This document shows positions 8,301-16,600 of a stretch of DNA of 26,002 bases, in pieces (position 1 is the first letter of the stretch; the number at the start of each line of letters is the position of its first letter). Below the pieces are notes generated by a model. The model saw only the letters and a list, made by a program, of their open reading frames with translations, searched no databases and had not been told where the DNA came from. The stretch is from an uncultured Dehalococcoidia bacterium (GTDB lineage: Bacteria; Chloroflexota; Dehalococcoidia; Lucifugimonadales; UBA3495). The translations under genes were made by a program, and so were the position numbers. Where the stretch lies: positions 1 to 26,002 of the forward strand of contig CATMOE010000052.1 in the NCBI GenBank assembly GCA_950072105.1, given 5' to 3'.

Positions 8301-8320
8301 GTTTCTATAGGTTTCTATAG
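8301..8320 (+). repeat. Perfect 10-bp tandem direct repeat (GTTTCTATAG x2), candidate operator
   Basis: Seen directly. It is in 10-bp phase with GTCTC at 8271 and 8281. Confidence 0.8.
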
Positions 8321-8326
8321 ATTTTG

Positions 8327-8944
8327 ATGCTTGAATCTCCACAAGAAAAATCCAAATGGCTCACCATGCGCAACGCCTGCCGTCTGTTGGACGTGAATGA
8401 GGCGACGCTCCGCCAATGGGCCGATAACGGTCACCTGCGAGTGTACCGCACGCCCGGAGGCCATCGCCGCTTCTTGAGCGAAGATGTTATGTCTTTCACC
8501 AACACCGCCCGGACGGACGCCGGCCGCGCGCCGGAATACGAGGTGGAAGGGTCGGCGTTACGGCTGATACGCCGGCGTTTGCAGGGGGAGTCGGTGACCC
8601 GGCAGCCTTGGTACCAGAGTGTACAAGAGGACGGACGGGACCGTATGCGTCTATTTGGACGCCGGATGCTCACCCTGCTGGTTCACGAGCCGCAAGTTCG
8701 CCGCCAACGCCAGGAAGCTCTGGCCGAGTCTAATGTCTTAGGCCGGGAATACGGCGCCGAGATGTCGGAGAAAGGAGTTTCTCTGAAGGACACCCTGGAA
8801 GCTTTGGTGTTCTTTCGTTCCATGGTGCTGGACTCGTCCAACCCTAAGTCCTGGAGCCACATTCTTGAGCTCGCCGACCGGGTCATGGTGGGAGTCGCCG
8901 AATCTTACGAGACTCAATCGGTTCAAACAGGATCAGGGCCTTAA
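8327..8944 (+). CDS. BldC/Xis/MerR-like winged-HTH (HTH_17) DNA-binding protein with an uncharacterised helical C-terminal domain
   Basis: N-terminal WLTMRNACRLLDVNEATLRQWADNGHLRVYRTPGGHRRF. The C-terminal ~140 aa look all-helical. Start is ATG 8327 or TTG 8324. Confidence 0.85.
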   Translation: MLESPQEKSKWLTMRNACRLLDVNEATLRQWADNGHLRVYRTPGGHRRFLSEDVMSFTNTARTDAGRAPEYEVEGSALRLIRRRLQGESVTRQPWYQSVQEDGRDRMRLFGRRMLTLLVHEPQVRRQRQEALAESNVLGREYGAEMSEKGVSLKDTLEALVFFRSMVLDSSNPKSWSHILELADRVMVGVAESYETQSVQTGSGP

Positions 8945-9025
8945 TTTTTCTCAGGAACTTAGCTCACGATATTTCGTTCCCCATATCTCCGTTCACGATC
9001 TTTCAAGGAGGTCTTAACCAAAGCC

Positions 9026-10084
9026 ATGGACCTAACCGACCGGAAGCTGCTTAACATTATTCAGAGCAAATTTCCTCTCGTCGACCGTCCCTACTTGGAA
9101 CTGGGCAATGAGCTGGGCATCGACGAAGGCGAGATAATAGATAGGCTGGCCGACTTGAAAAAGAAGAACGTGCTGCGCCAGCTCAGCGCCATCTTCGACA
9201 CCCGACGCTTGGGCTACAAAACGACTTTGGTGGCCATGGCCTTTGAACCGGACCAACTGAATAAGGGCGCCCTGCGCATCAATAAGCATCCCGGTGTCAG
9301 TCATAATTATGCCCGGGATGGCTCTTATTTCAACCTGTGGTTCACCCTGGCGGTCCCGCACGACCACGACCTGGAGTCCACCGTGCAACGGATGGGTCAA
9401 GATACCAAAGCCCTCAGCTATCGCATGATGCCCACGATCCGTTTCTTCAAGATTGGCGTCAACTTCGACATGGTCAAACAGAAGGGATCGTCGGTCAACT
9501 ACAGCCCCGACGGCTACTCCGGGTCGGAAAGAACAGGCTGGAACGAAGCCGTTCCGATAACAGAAGACGACAAGGCCGCGATTCGAGAACTCCAGGAAGA
9601 CCTCGCCTTGATCCCCCGGCCTTTCGACGATATGGCCCAGCGATTGGGTAAAACTACTGATGAGCTGTTCGCCACCGTCCAGGATTTCCAAGACCGGAGG
9701 TTCATGCGCCGGTTCAGCGCGGTCCTACACCATCGGCGGTCCGGATTCAGCGCCAATGCCATGATCGTGTGGAAGGTGCCCGAAGAGCGGGCCGAAGAGG
9801 TGGGCATGACCATGGCCCAAAACACCGCCGTTACCCACTGCTACGAGAGACCCACCTTCCCTGACTGGCCCTACACTCATTTCACCATGGTCCACGCCAC
9901 CTCAACAGAGGGTTGTGAGGAGATTGAGCGGGAGATCAGCGAGGCCACCGGGATCACCGAGCGGTTGCTGCTTTACAGCAGCCGCGAATACAAGAAAACT
10001 CGAGTGCGTTACTTCGTGCCCGAGTACGACCAATACCAGGATGCCGTGATTTCCGCGCCTACCCCCCTGGCGCAAAGAGGTTAG
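9026..10084 (+). CDS. ahbAB: Fused siroheme decarboxylase AhbA-AhbB (NirDL/NirGH-like, Lrp/AsnC fold)
   Basis: Two tandem halves: FPLVDRPY...HPGVSHNYAR...NLWFTL and RPFDDMA...HHRRSGFSANAM...VTHCYERP...WPYTHFTMVHA. AAGGAGG SD upstream; sits at the head of the hem genes. Confidence 0.9.
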   Translation: MDLTDRKLLNIIQSKFPLVDRPYLELGNELGIDEGEIIDRLADLKKKNVLRQLSAIFDTRRLGYKTTLVAMAFEPDQLNKGALRINKHPGVSHNYARDGSYFNLWFTLAVPHDHDLESTVQRMGQDTKALSYRMMPTIRFFKIGVNFDMVKQKGSSVNYSPDGYSGSERTGWNEAVPITEDDKAAIRELQEDLALIPRPFDDMAQRLGKTTDELFATVQDFQDRRFMRRFSAVLHHRRSGFSANAMIVWKVPEERAEEVGMTMAQNTAVTHCYERPTFPDWPYTHFTMVHATSTEGCEEIEREISEATGITERLLLYSSREYKKTRVRYFVPEYDQYQDAVISAPTPLAQRG

Positions 10085-10087
10085 AAC

Positions 10088-10828
10088 GTGCCGGCTTACT
10101 ATCCCGTTTATCTAAATCTAACCGGCAAGAAATGCCTGGTATTCGGCGGCGGTCCCATCGCCGAGGATAAAATCGCCAAATTGCAGAGCAGCGGGGCGCG
10201 AATCACAATCGTCAGCCCAACTGTCACACCAAACCTTCAAGCCTGGGCTAATAGGGGCGACTTCCAATGGCAGCCCCGTGAATACCAAGCCGGGGATCTG
10301 GAGGGCGCTTTCCTGAGCATCGCCGCCACCAACGATCGGCAAGTGAACCACGAAATATTCCAAGAAGCTGAACGTCTGGGTGTCCTGATGAACGTGGTGG
10401 ACGCCCCGGAACAGTGCACCTTCATCGCTCCCGCCATCGTGCAGCGCGGTCAGGTTACTCTGGCCATTTCCACCGGGGGCGCCAGCCCGGCCCTTGCCCG
10501 CAAACTGCGGGAGGCCCTGACCGAAGACCCAGTGCTGGAGTGGGCTGACCTAGCCGGTGTACTCTCGTTGGCCAGAAAAGAAGTGAAAAAGCGGAGGCTG
10601 ACCATCGACCCCCAACGATGGCAGTGTTGTATCACCACCGAACTGCTGCGATTGGCCCAAACAGGTCACGAAGACCAGGCGTTATCAAGCCTACTCTTCC
10701 GCCTGACCGATCCAAACGCGCCGGGATTATGCCAGAACCTGGAAAGCTGCAGCGCCAAGAGATGCGGCGCCGGTTCCGAAGTGCTTTCTGGCATATCCTC
10801 CGGCGTATCTAGTATGGAACAAGCTTAG
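10088..10828 (+). CDS. sirC: Precorrin-2 dehydrogenase / sirohydrochlorin ferrochelatase (SirC/Met8/CysG-N type) with Cys-rich tail
   Basis: YPVYLNL, GGGPIA NAD-binding motif, AATND, NVVDAP..CTF, AISTGGASPALARKLRE. GTG start. Confidence 0.92.
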   Translation: MPAYYPVYLNLTGKKCLVFGGGPIAEDKIAKLQSSGARITIVSPTVTPNLQAWANRGDFQWQPREYQAGDLEGAFLSIAATNDRQVNHEIFQEAERLGVLMNVVDAPEQCTFIAPAIVQRGQVTLAISTGGASPALARKLREALTEDPVLEWADLAGVLSLARKEVKKRRLTIDPQRWQCCITTELLRLAQTGHEDQALSSLLFRLTDPNAPGLCQNLESCSAKRCGAGSEVLSGISSGVSSMEQA

Positions 10829-11767
10829 TTGGTCTCCAGCAAAGTCATAAAGGTCGGCAGCCGGGGCAGCAAACTGGCATTGATTCAGGCCGAACAGGTG
10901 CTCGTCCGGCTTCGTCAGCTATACCCTGATCGAGAATTCGAGGTTGTCATCGTCCGAACACAGGGGGACATCAACAAAGAAGCTCCCCTGCAAGGGATGG
11001 GCCTTGGCATATTCGTCAAAGAGATTGAACGTTTGCTTTTGGACGGCGAATTGGACATGGCGGTCCATAGCCTGAAAGACCTGCCGACCACCCTTCCGGA
11101 TGGCCTAGTCCTGGGCGCCATGCTACGCCGGGAAGACCCCCGGGACGTCCTGGTGAACCGCTGGAACTGCCCGTTGGCCCAATTGCCCGAAGGGGCCCGC
11201 ATCGGCACCAGCAGTCCCCGGCGCCGTGTGTTGCTGAATACCTTGTGCCCCCAGGCCACCGTCCTACCCATCCGCGGCAACGTAGACACCAGGCTCAGTA
11301 AAGCCCAGGGAGACGACTACGACGGCGCCGTTCTGGCCGCGGCCGGTTTGATCCGGTTGGGCTTGACCGAGCACATCTCCGAATACTTGTCCCCCCAACG
11401 GTTCGTGCCTCCGCCCGGCCAGGGGGTTCTGGCAGTGGAGATACGCGCTGAAGACTACCGCATGCAGGATATGCTACGCGCCATAGAGCACACCACTACT
11501 CGGCTGGCGGTCACCGCGGAACGGGCATTTTTGGAAAAATTGGGGGGCGGTTGCCAGTTACCCATGGGCGCTTACGCCAGAGACGAGGGAGATATCCTCT
11601 ACATGACCATCTTCCTCAGCTCGCCCGATGGCAAAAAAGCCTTTCGCGCCAAGATTGACGGCCTAACCATGGACCCACTGCAACTGGCCACCGATGCCCA
11701 TCTGGCGGTGGTGGAACGCGGCGGCGGACCGCTTCTGGAGATCGAATGGTCCGAGGTAGAACCCTAA
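10829..11767 (+). CDS. hemC: Hydroxymethylbilane synthase (porphobilinogen deaminase)
   Basis: GSRGSKLALIQA, AVHSLKDLP, GTSSPRR, IRGNVDTRL, LGGGCQLP (cofactor Cys). TTG start directly after the sirC stop. Confidence 0.97.
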   Translation: MVSSKVIKVGSRGSKLALIQAEQVLVRLRQLYPDREFEVVIVRTQGDINKEAPLQGMGLGIFVKEIERLLLDGELDMAVHSLKDLPTTLPDGLVLGAMLRREDPRDVLVNRWNCPLAQLPEGARIGTSSPRRRVLLNTLCPQATVLPIRGNVDTRLSKAQGDDYDGAVLAAAGLIRLGLTEHISEYLSPQRFVPPPGQGVLAVEIRAEDYRMQDMLRAIEHTTTRLAVTAERAFLEKLGGGCQLPMGAYARDEGDILYMTIFLSSPDGKKAFRAKIDGLTMDPLQLATDAHLAVVERGGGPLLEIEWSEVEP

Positions 11768-11778
11768 GGTAAGCGTTA

Positions 11779-11881
11779 TCCCTTCCCCCTCGATGGGGAA
11801 AGCCTAGAGCCTGCCCTGAGCGCAGCCGAAGGGATGGGGGTAATACCACTCTCCTCAATCCGCTTCCAAATGGAGAGAGGA
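11779..11881. repeat. Composite REP-like palindromic element
   Basis: Hairpin TTCCCC-CTCGAT-GGGGAA, an embedded GAGCCTGCCCTGAGCGCAGCCGAAGG unit, a GGATGGGGGT tail and a degenerate CTCTCC...GGAGAG partner, all in the hemC-cobA spacer. Confidence 0.6.
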
Positions 11882-11906
11882 GCTAACCGAAGCTCAATTC
11901 GGAGGC

Positions 11907-13469
11907 TTGAAAATCTCGACTAAGTCACTTGGGAAAGTATTTCTGGTGGGAGCCGGTCCCGGCGACCCTGGTCTGATCACACTGAAGGGATTGCGGTGTT
12001 TGGAGAAAGCCCAGGTGGTCATCTACGACCGGTTGCTGGATTCGTCTTTGCTAGAGTCGGCCCCTGCTTCGGCCGAGCGGATCTTCGTCGGCAAGGAACG
12101 GGGCCGTCAAGAGCTGAACCAAGACCAGATCAACGAACTGCTGATCGACCGGGCATCCGAGGGAAAAGTTGTCGTACGCCTCAAAGGCGGCGACCCCTTC
12201 GTCTTTGGCCGGGGAGGAGAAGAAGCCCTAGCCTTAACCGGAATGGACATTCCATTTGAGGTGGTGCCCGGAATCACTTCGGCCATCGCCGCGGCCGCCT
12301 ATGCCGGAATCCCTCTGACCCATCGGGGAATATCCACGTGTTTTACCGTGGTCAGCGGTAGCGAAGATCCCGCCAAACCGGAAACCTCGGTCAATTGGCA
12401 AGCCCTGGCCCGCACCGGGGGCACCCTGGTGGTGTTGATGGGCTGGTCTGCCTTGGAGTCTATCCTAGACACCTTGGGGAAAGAGGGTGTGCCCGTCGAT
12501 ACCCCGGTGGCGTTGGTGCAGTGGGGCACCTGGCCGGCTCAAGCCACCGTCACCGGATGCCTGGAAGACATCTTGGAACGGGGCCGAGAGGCCGGGATCC
12601 AACCGCCGGTTATCGCGGTCATCGGCCCGGTGGTATCCCTGCGGAGTGAGCTTGCCTGGTTCGACCGCCGGCCTCTGTTCGGCAAGAAGGTGCTCATAAC
12701 CCGCTCCCGTACCCAAGCGTCAAAGTTACGTTCGCTACTGGAAAATTTGGGCGCCCAAGCCTTTGAGATTCCCGCCATACAGACGGCGCCCCTGGAAGAT
12801 TACGCCCAACTGGACGAGGCTGTCGCCAAGCTAAAGGATTACCGATGGGTAATCTTCGCCAGCAGTAACGCCGTCGACGCCGTGTTTGGCCGGCTGTACC
12901 ATCAAGGTCTGGACACCCGGGCCCTGGGAGGCGTTAAGGTGGGCGCGATCGGCCCCGCTACCGCCGATGCTCTGGCCCTCCGGGGTATCGCCGCCGATTT
13001 CGTTCCAACACGGCCCATATCCGAAGTCGTTGTCCAAGAGTTGTCAAGTTTTGACTGGACCGGCGTGCCGGTATTGCTGCCGGTGGCGGATATCGGCCGG
13101 GACGCGCTGGCCACGGGGCTCACACAGGCCGGAGCTCTGGTGGACCGGGTCGACGCCTATCGCACAGTCCCCACCACCGGAGTCGACGCCAAGGCCCGTG
13201 AAGCCCTTTCCCAAGGGATGGACGTGGTGACATTCACCAGTTCGTCCACGGTACGCAATCTGGTGGAGATGCTGAACGGTGACCGGGCCTCCCTGGACGC
13301 TACCAGCATCGCCTGTATCGGTCCCACCACCGCCGCCACCGCCCGGGAATTGGGACTGCGCGTCGATCTGGTAGCCGCCGAACACACCGTAGAGGGCCTG
13401 GTTAGCGCCCTGGTAACCCATTTTGCCGAAGCCAAAAACGTTGAAGAAGGAAGCCCTACAAATGGTTAG
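11907..13469 (+). CDS. cobA-hemD: Fused uroporphyrinogen-III C-methyltransferase / uroporphyrinogen-III synthase
   Basis: VGAGPGDPGLIT, RLKGGDPFVFGRGGEE, VVPGITS, then a HemD half with VLITRS, AIGPATA, FTSSSTV, CIGPTTA. GGAGG lies just upstream of the TTG. Confidence 0.96.
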   Translation: MKISTKSLGKVFLVGAGPGDPGLITLKGLRCLEKAQVVIYDRLLDSSLLESAPASAERIFVGKERGRQELNQDQINELLIDRASEGKVVVRLKGGDPFVFGRGGEEALALTGMDIPFEVVPGITSAIAAAAYAGIPLTHRGISTCFTVVSGSEDPAKPETSVNWQALARTGGTLVVLMGWSALESILDTLGKEGVPVDTPVALVQWGTWPAQATVTGCLEDILERGREAGIQPPVIAVIGPVVSLRSELAWFDRRPLFGKKVLITRSRTQASKLRSLLENLGAQAFEIPAIQTAPLEDYAQLDEAVAKLKDYRWVIFASSNAVDAVFGRLYHQGLDTRALGGVKVGAIGPATADALALRGIAADFVPTRPISEVVVQELSSFDWTGVPVLLPVADIGRDALATGLTQAGALVDRVDAYRTVPTTGVDAKAREALSQGMDVVTFTSSSTVRNLVEMLNGDRASLDATSIACIGPTTAATARELGLRVDLVAAEHTVEGLVSALVTHFAEAKNVEEGSPTNG

Positions 13470-14445
13470 CTATCCAGATCTACGATTACGCCGGGTCCGC
13501 GAGCACGAACCTCTCCGGAGAATGGTCCGTGAAACCACCCTGTCGCCGTCCAACTTTATCTACCCGATGTTCGTTACCCACGGTCAGGGATTGCGCCTGC
13601 CCATAGAACCCATGCCCGGCTGCTTTCACTTCTCCATCGATCAACTGGTACTCGACGTTGCCGAGGCGGCCGCCTTGGGGATTCCCGGCGTACTGCTCTT
13701 TGGATTGCCCGCGGAAAAGGACCCGATGGGCACCGAAGGATACGATCCGGAAGGAATAATCCAGGAAGCGGTGCGGGCCATCAAGAAAGAAGTACCCGGC
13801 ATGATGGTTATAACCGACGTGTGCATGTGCGAGTACACCGACCACGGCCACTGCGGCATCATCGACAACGGTAAGGTGGACAACGACGCCACGCTGGAAT
13901 TGCTGGCCAGAACGGCCGTAACACAGGTACAGGCCGGCGCCGACATGGTTGCGCCATCGGCCATGATGGACGGTCAGGTAAAAGCCATCCGAGACTCCCT
14001 GAACGACCACGGTTACAAAGATGTGCCGGTCATGGGTTACGCCGCCAAATACGCTTCGGCCTTCTACGGACCCTTCCGGGTAGCGGCCGGTTCGACCCCC
14101 CAGTTCGGCGACCGCCGTAGCTACCAGATGGACCCGGCCAACGCCCGGGAAGCGATGCGTGAGATTGAAAGCGACATCGCCGAGGGCGCCGACATCGTCA
14201 TGGTCAAACCGGCCATGTCCTACATGGACGTGATTCGCCGGGCCCGAGAGAAGTTCGACCATCCCCTAGCCGCCTACAACGTCAGCGGCGAGTACTCCAT
14301 GGTCAAGGCCGCCGGAGCCCTAGGCTGGATCGACGAAAAGCGGATCACCCTAGAGATCCTGACCTCCATAAGAAGAGCCGGCGCCGACTTTATCCTCAGC
14401 TACCACGCCAAAGAGGTGTCTCAGTGGCTGAGGGACGCGGAGTAA
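13462..14445 (+). CDS. hemB: Porphobilinogen synthase (Zn-dependent ALA dehydratase)
   Basis: RLRR, DVCMCEYTDHGHCG (Zn-binding Cys triad), APSAMMDG, SAFYGPFR, MVKPA, AYNVSGEY. The ATG at 13462 overlaps the end of cobA-hemD and is preferred over 13423. Confidence 0.97.
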   Translation: MVSYPDLRLRRVREHEPLRRMVRETTLSPSNFIYPMFVTHGQGLRLPIEPMPGCFHFSIDQLVLDVAEAAALGIPGVLLFGLPAEKDPMGTEGYDPEGIIQEAVRAIKKEVPGMMVITDVCMCEYTDHGHCGIIDNGKVDNDATLELLARTAVTQVQAGADMVAPSAMMDGQVKAIRDSLNDHGYKDVPVMGYAAKYASAFYGPFRVAAGSTPQFGDRRSYQMDPANAREAMREIESDIAEGADIVMVKPAMSYMDVIRRAREKFDHPLAAYNVSGEYSMVKAAGALGWIDEKRITLEILTSIRRAGADFILSYHAKEVSQWLRDAE

Positions 14446-14553
14446 GCGCCCTTTCGCTATGAAGGCGCTGCGGTTCAGGCTTCATGATTAGTCCTATTTA
14501 TCAGCCTACAAGGCAAGCGGCTTCCCGGCAGATATTTTAAAACAGGAACGTAA

Positions 14554-15831
14554 ATGCAACAGGCTAAATCAGAAGAACTTTTCGCCAAGGCCCAAAAGTA
14601 CATCCCCGGCGGGGTCAATTCGCCGGTTCGTTCTTTCCGCGCCGTTGGCGGTACGCCTCCCTTCATCGCCAGGGGCAGCGGTTCCCACATCTGGGATGCC
14701 GACGGCAACGAATACATCGACTATCTGGGGTCGTGGGGACCCTTGGTGTTGGGCCACGCCCATCCAGCGGTGGTGGATGCTCTGATAAAAGCCGCGGAAG
14801 GAGGCACAAGTTTCGGCGCGCCGGTGGCCCAAGAGGTGGACTTGGCCCGTTTTATCTGCACTTCCATGCCTTCGATCAACATGATCCGTTTGGTCAACTC
14901 CGGCACGGAAGCCTGCATGAGCGCTATCCGGCTGGCCCGTGCCCATACCGGAAGGGACAAAATCATCAAGTTCGCCGGTTGCTACCACGGCCACGCCGAC
15001 GGCCTGCTGGTGAAGGCCGGCTCCGGGGCCATGACGCATGGTATTCCTACCAGCGCCGGTGTTCCCGAGTCTTATGCCAGCGAAACCCTGGTTGCCGACT
15101 ACAACGATTTATCCTCGGTTGAAGAGGCGTTCGCCGCCTTTCCGGAAGACATAGCGGCGATCATCGTGGAGCCCGTGGCAGGAAACATGGGAGTGGTCCC
15201 ACCTGCGCCCGGCTTTCTAGAGGGACTGCGCCGTATCACCCAGGAGCACGGAGCGCTGCTGATCTTTGACGAGGTTATCACCGGTTTTAGGCTGAACGCT
15301 GGCGGCGCTCAGGCCCTGTTCGGCATAACTCCCGACCTGACAACTCTGGGCAAAATCATCGGCGGCGGTCTTCCGGTGGGGGCTTACGGAGGCAGACAAG
15401 AGATCATGGAGTTGGTGGCGCCTTTGGGGCCCATGTACCAGGCGGGCACTCTCTCCGGCAACCCCTTGGCGGTCGCCGCCGGATTGGCAACTCTGCAAGA
15501 GTTAACGCGCCCCGGGACCTATGAACAGCTGGAGTCCATGGCTGCCCGGTTGACCCAAGGGTTGACCGAAGTCTTCGATCGCAAAGAGGTGCCCTCGACC
15601 ATCAACCGGGTCGGCTCCATGTTCACCGGTTTCTTCAACGACGGTCCCGTGGCCAGCCTGGCCCAAGTGGAGCAGTCCGACGTTCCCGGCCACGCCCGGT
15701 TCTTCCACGGCATGCTGGAGAACGGGGTATACCTGGCTCCTTCCCAATTTGAAGCCGGATTCATCTCCCTGGCCCATACCGAGGAAGATATCGACCGCAC
15801 GATCGAGGCGGCAGAGGCAGCCTTGGCGTAG
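14554..15831 (+). CDS. hemL: Glutamate-1-semialdehyde 2,1-aminomutase
   Basis: [63 protein letters not shown]. Confidence 0.97.
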   Translation: MQQAKSEELFAKAQKYIPGGVNSPVRSFRAVGGTPPFIARGSGSHIWDADGNEYIDYLGSWGPLVLGHAHPAVVDALIKAAEGGTSFGAPVAQEVDLARFICTSMPSINMIRLVNSGTEACMSAIRLARAHTGRDKIIKFAGCYHGHADGLLVKAGSGAMTHGIPTSAGVPESYASETLVADYNDLSSVEEAFAAFPEDIAAIIVEPVAGNMGVVPPAPGFLEGLRRITQEHGALLIFDEVITGFRLNAGGAQALFGITPDLTTLGKIIGGGLPVGAYGGRQEIMELVAPLGPMYQAGTLSGNPLAVAAGLATLQELTRPGTYEQLESMAARLTQGLTEVFDRKEVPSTINRVGSMFTGFFNDGPVASLAQVEQSDVPGHARFFHGMLENGVYLAPSQFEAGFISLAHTEEDIDRTIEAAEAALA

Positions 15832-15843
15832 CTCCATTTAGGG

Positions 15844-16484
15844 CTACTGCTTTTTCCGCCGCTCAAGTTCTTCGGTAGGTGGTAGCCTCGCTGGCGGCGC
15901 GTTGGATGGAGTAAACACCCCGGTCTGGCCGTCCACGAAGCCACCAACGACTCCTCGGGGTAGCCCGCAAAACACGTGCCAAATCAACTCGCTGCCTTTA
16001 CCGGACAGCCCCAACCCCGTAGCGTTACACTCTCCCCAATACTTAGCCGCAGTCTCGACGGCCGAACTAGGACCGATCTTTAGGCCGTGAAGTAACATTC
16101 CCGGCCTAGGGCGCCCGGTCAGAGGCGAGATCCCGATGTGGACTTGCCATTGGTCCGGCGCGCTAGAGGCGCTGGCAACGGTTATCGAGATTACCAGTGG
16201 GTGGCCGCCGCATCGGTGAAACGGAAAATCTGCCGCCCATCCTTCGTGTTGACACCCACCTGCTTGAGCACAGCATCCGCGGCGGTCTCGCGTGCCCGGA
16301 CAACCACCTTATCGGCCAACACCGCCAAGGCTATCGCATCTCCGTCAGACTGGATAACCGCAGCGCCGGTAGTTCCTGTTTCGTTGTCCGCCAGACCCGT
16401 GGATGTCACAGAGCAAGCAACAATCAACAGCAAGACCGAAATGCAAAGGATTGTCGTTAATACTGCCTTTATATCTCTTCGCAA
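15844..16484 (-). pseudogene. Putative lipoprotein split by a single frameshift (pseudogene or sequencing error)
   Basis: The first ORF (16191-16484) has a signal peptide and lipobox LIVAC. An overlapping frame is open from about 16308 through the 15844-16098 ORF, so one indel would join them into about 213 aa. Confidence 0.6.
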
Positions 16485-16542
16485 TTCGATTGAATCGGCC
16501 GATCAGACGGAGTCCACTCACCACCGCTGCGCCATGAAAGCG

Positions 16543-16575
16543 TAAGGGCGCCCCGATTGCATCGGGGCGCCCTTA
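16543..16575 (-). terminator. Strong hairpin downstream of sodN (probable terminator)
   Basis: Perfect 15-bp inverted repeat TAAGGGCGCCCCGAT-TGC-ATCGGGGCGCCCTTA, 25 nt after the sodN stop. Confidence 0.75.
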
Positions 16576-16600
16576 AAAGGTCCAGTAACTAAACGGCTCT

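Noticed and set aside
8327..8944. CarH/LitR B12 photoreceptor assignment
   Set aside because: No W-x9-EH or E/D-x-H-x-x-G motif and no Rossmann-like B12 domain; the protein is too short.
8157..9001. CTCACGATAT at 8157 and 8963 (plus TCACGAT at 8993) as a target-site duplication or Rex/CRP half-sites
   Set aside because: No matching inverted half-sites and no mobile-element features; a single 10-bp match may be chance.
9026..10084. Lrp/AsnC transcription regulator
   Set aside because: The duplicated architecture, the H-x-Y-x-R motifs (SHNYAR, THCYER) and the hem context indicate siroheme decarboxylase.
13423..13461. Longer N-termini for hemB (13423) and likewise ilvD (17264) given in the ORF track
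   Set aside because: Downstream ATGs (13462, 17303) have better SD context and match the family N-termini.
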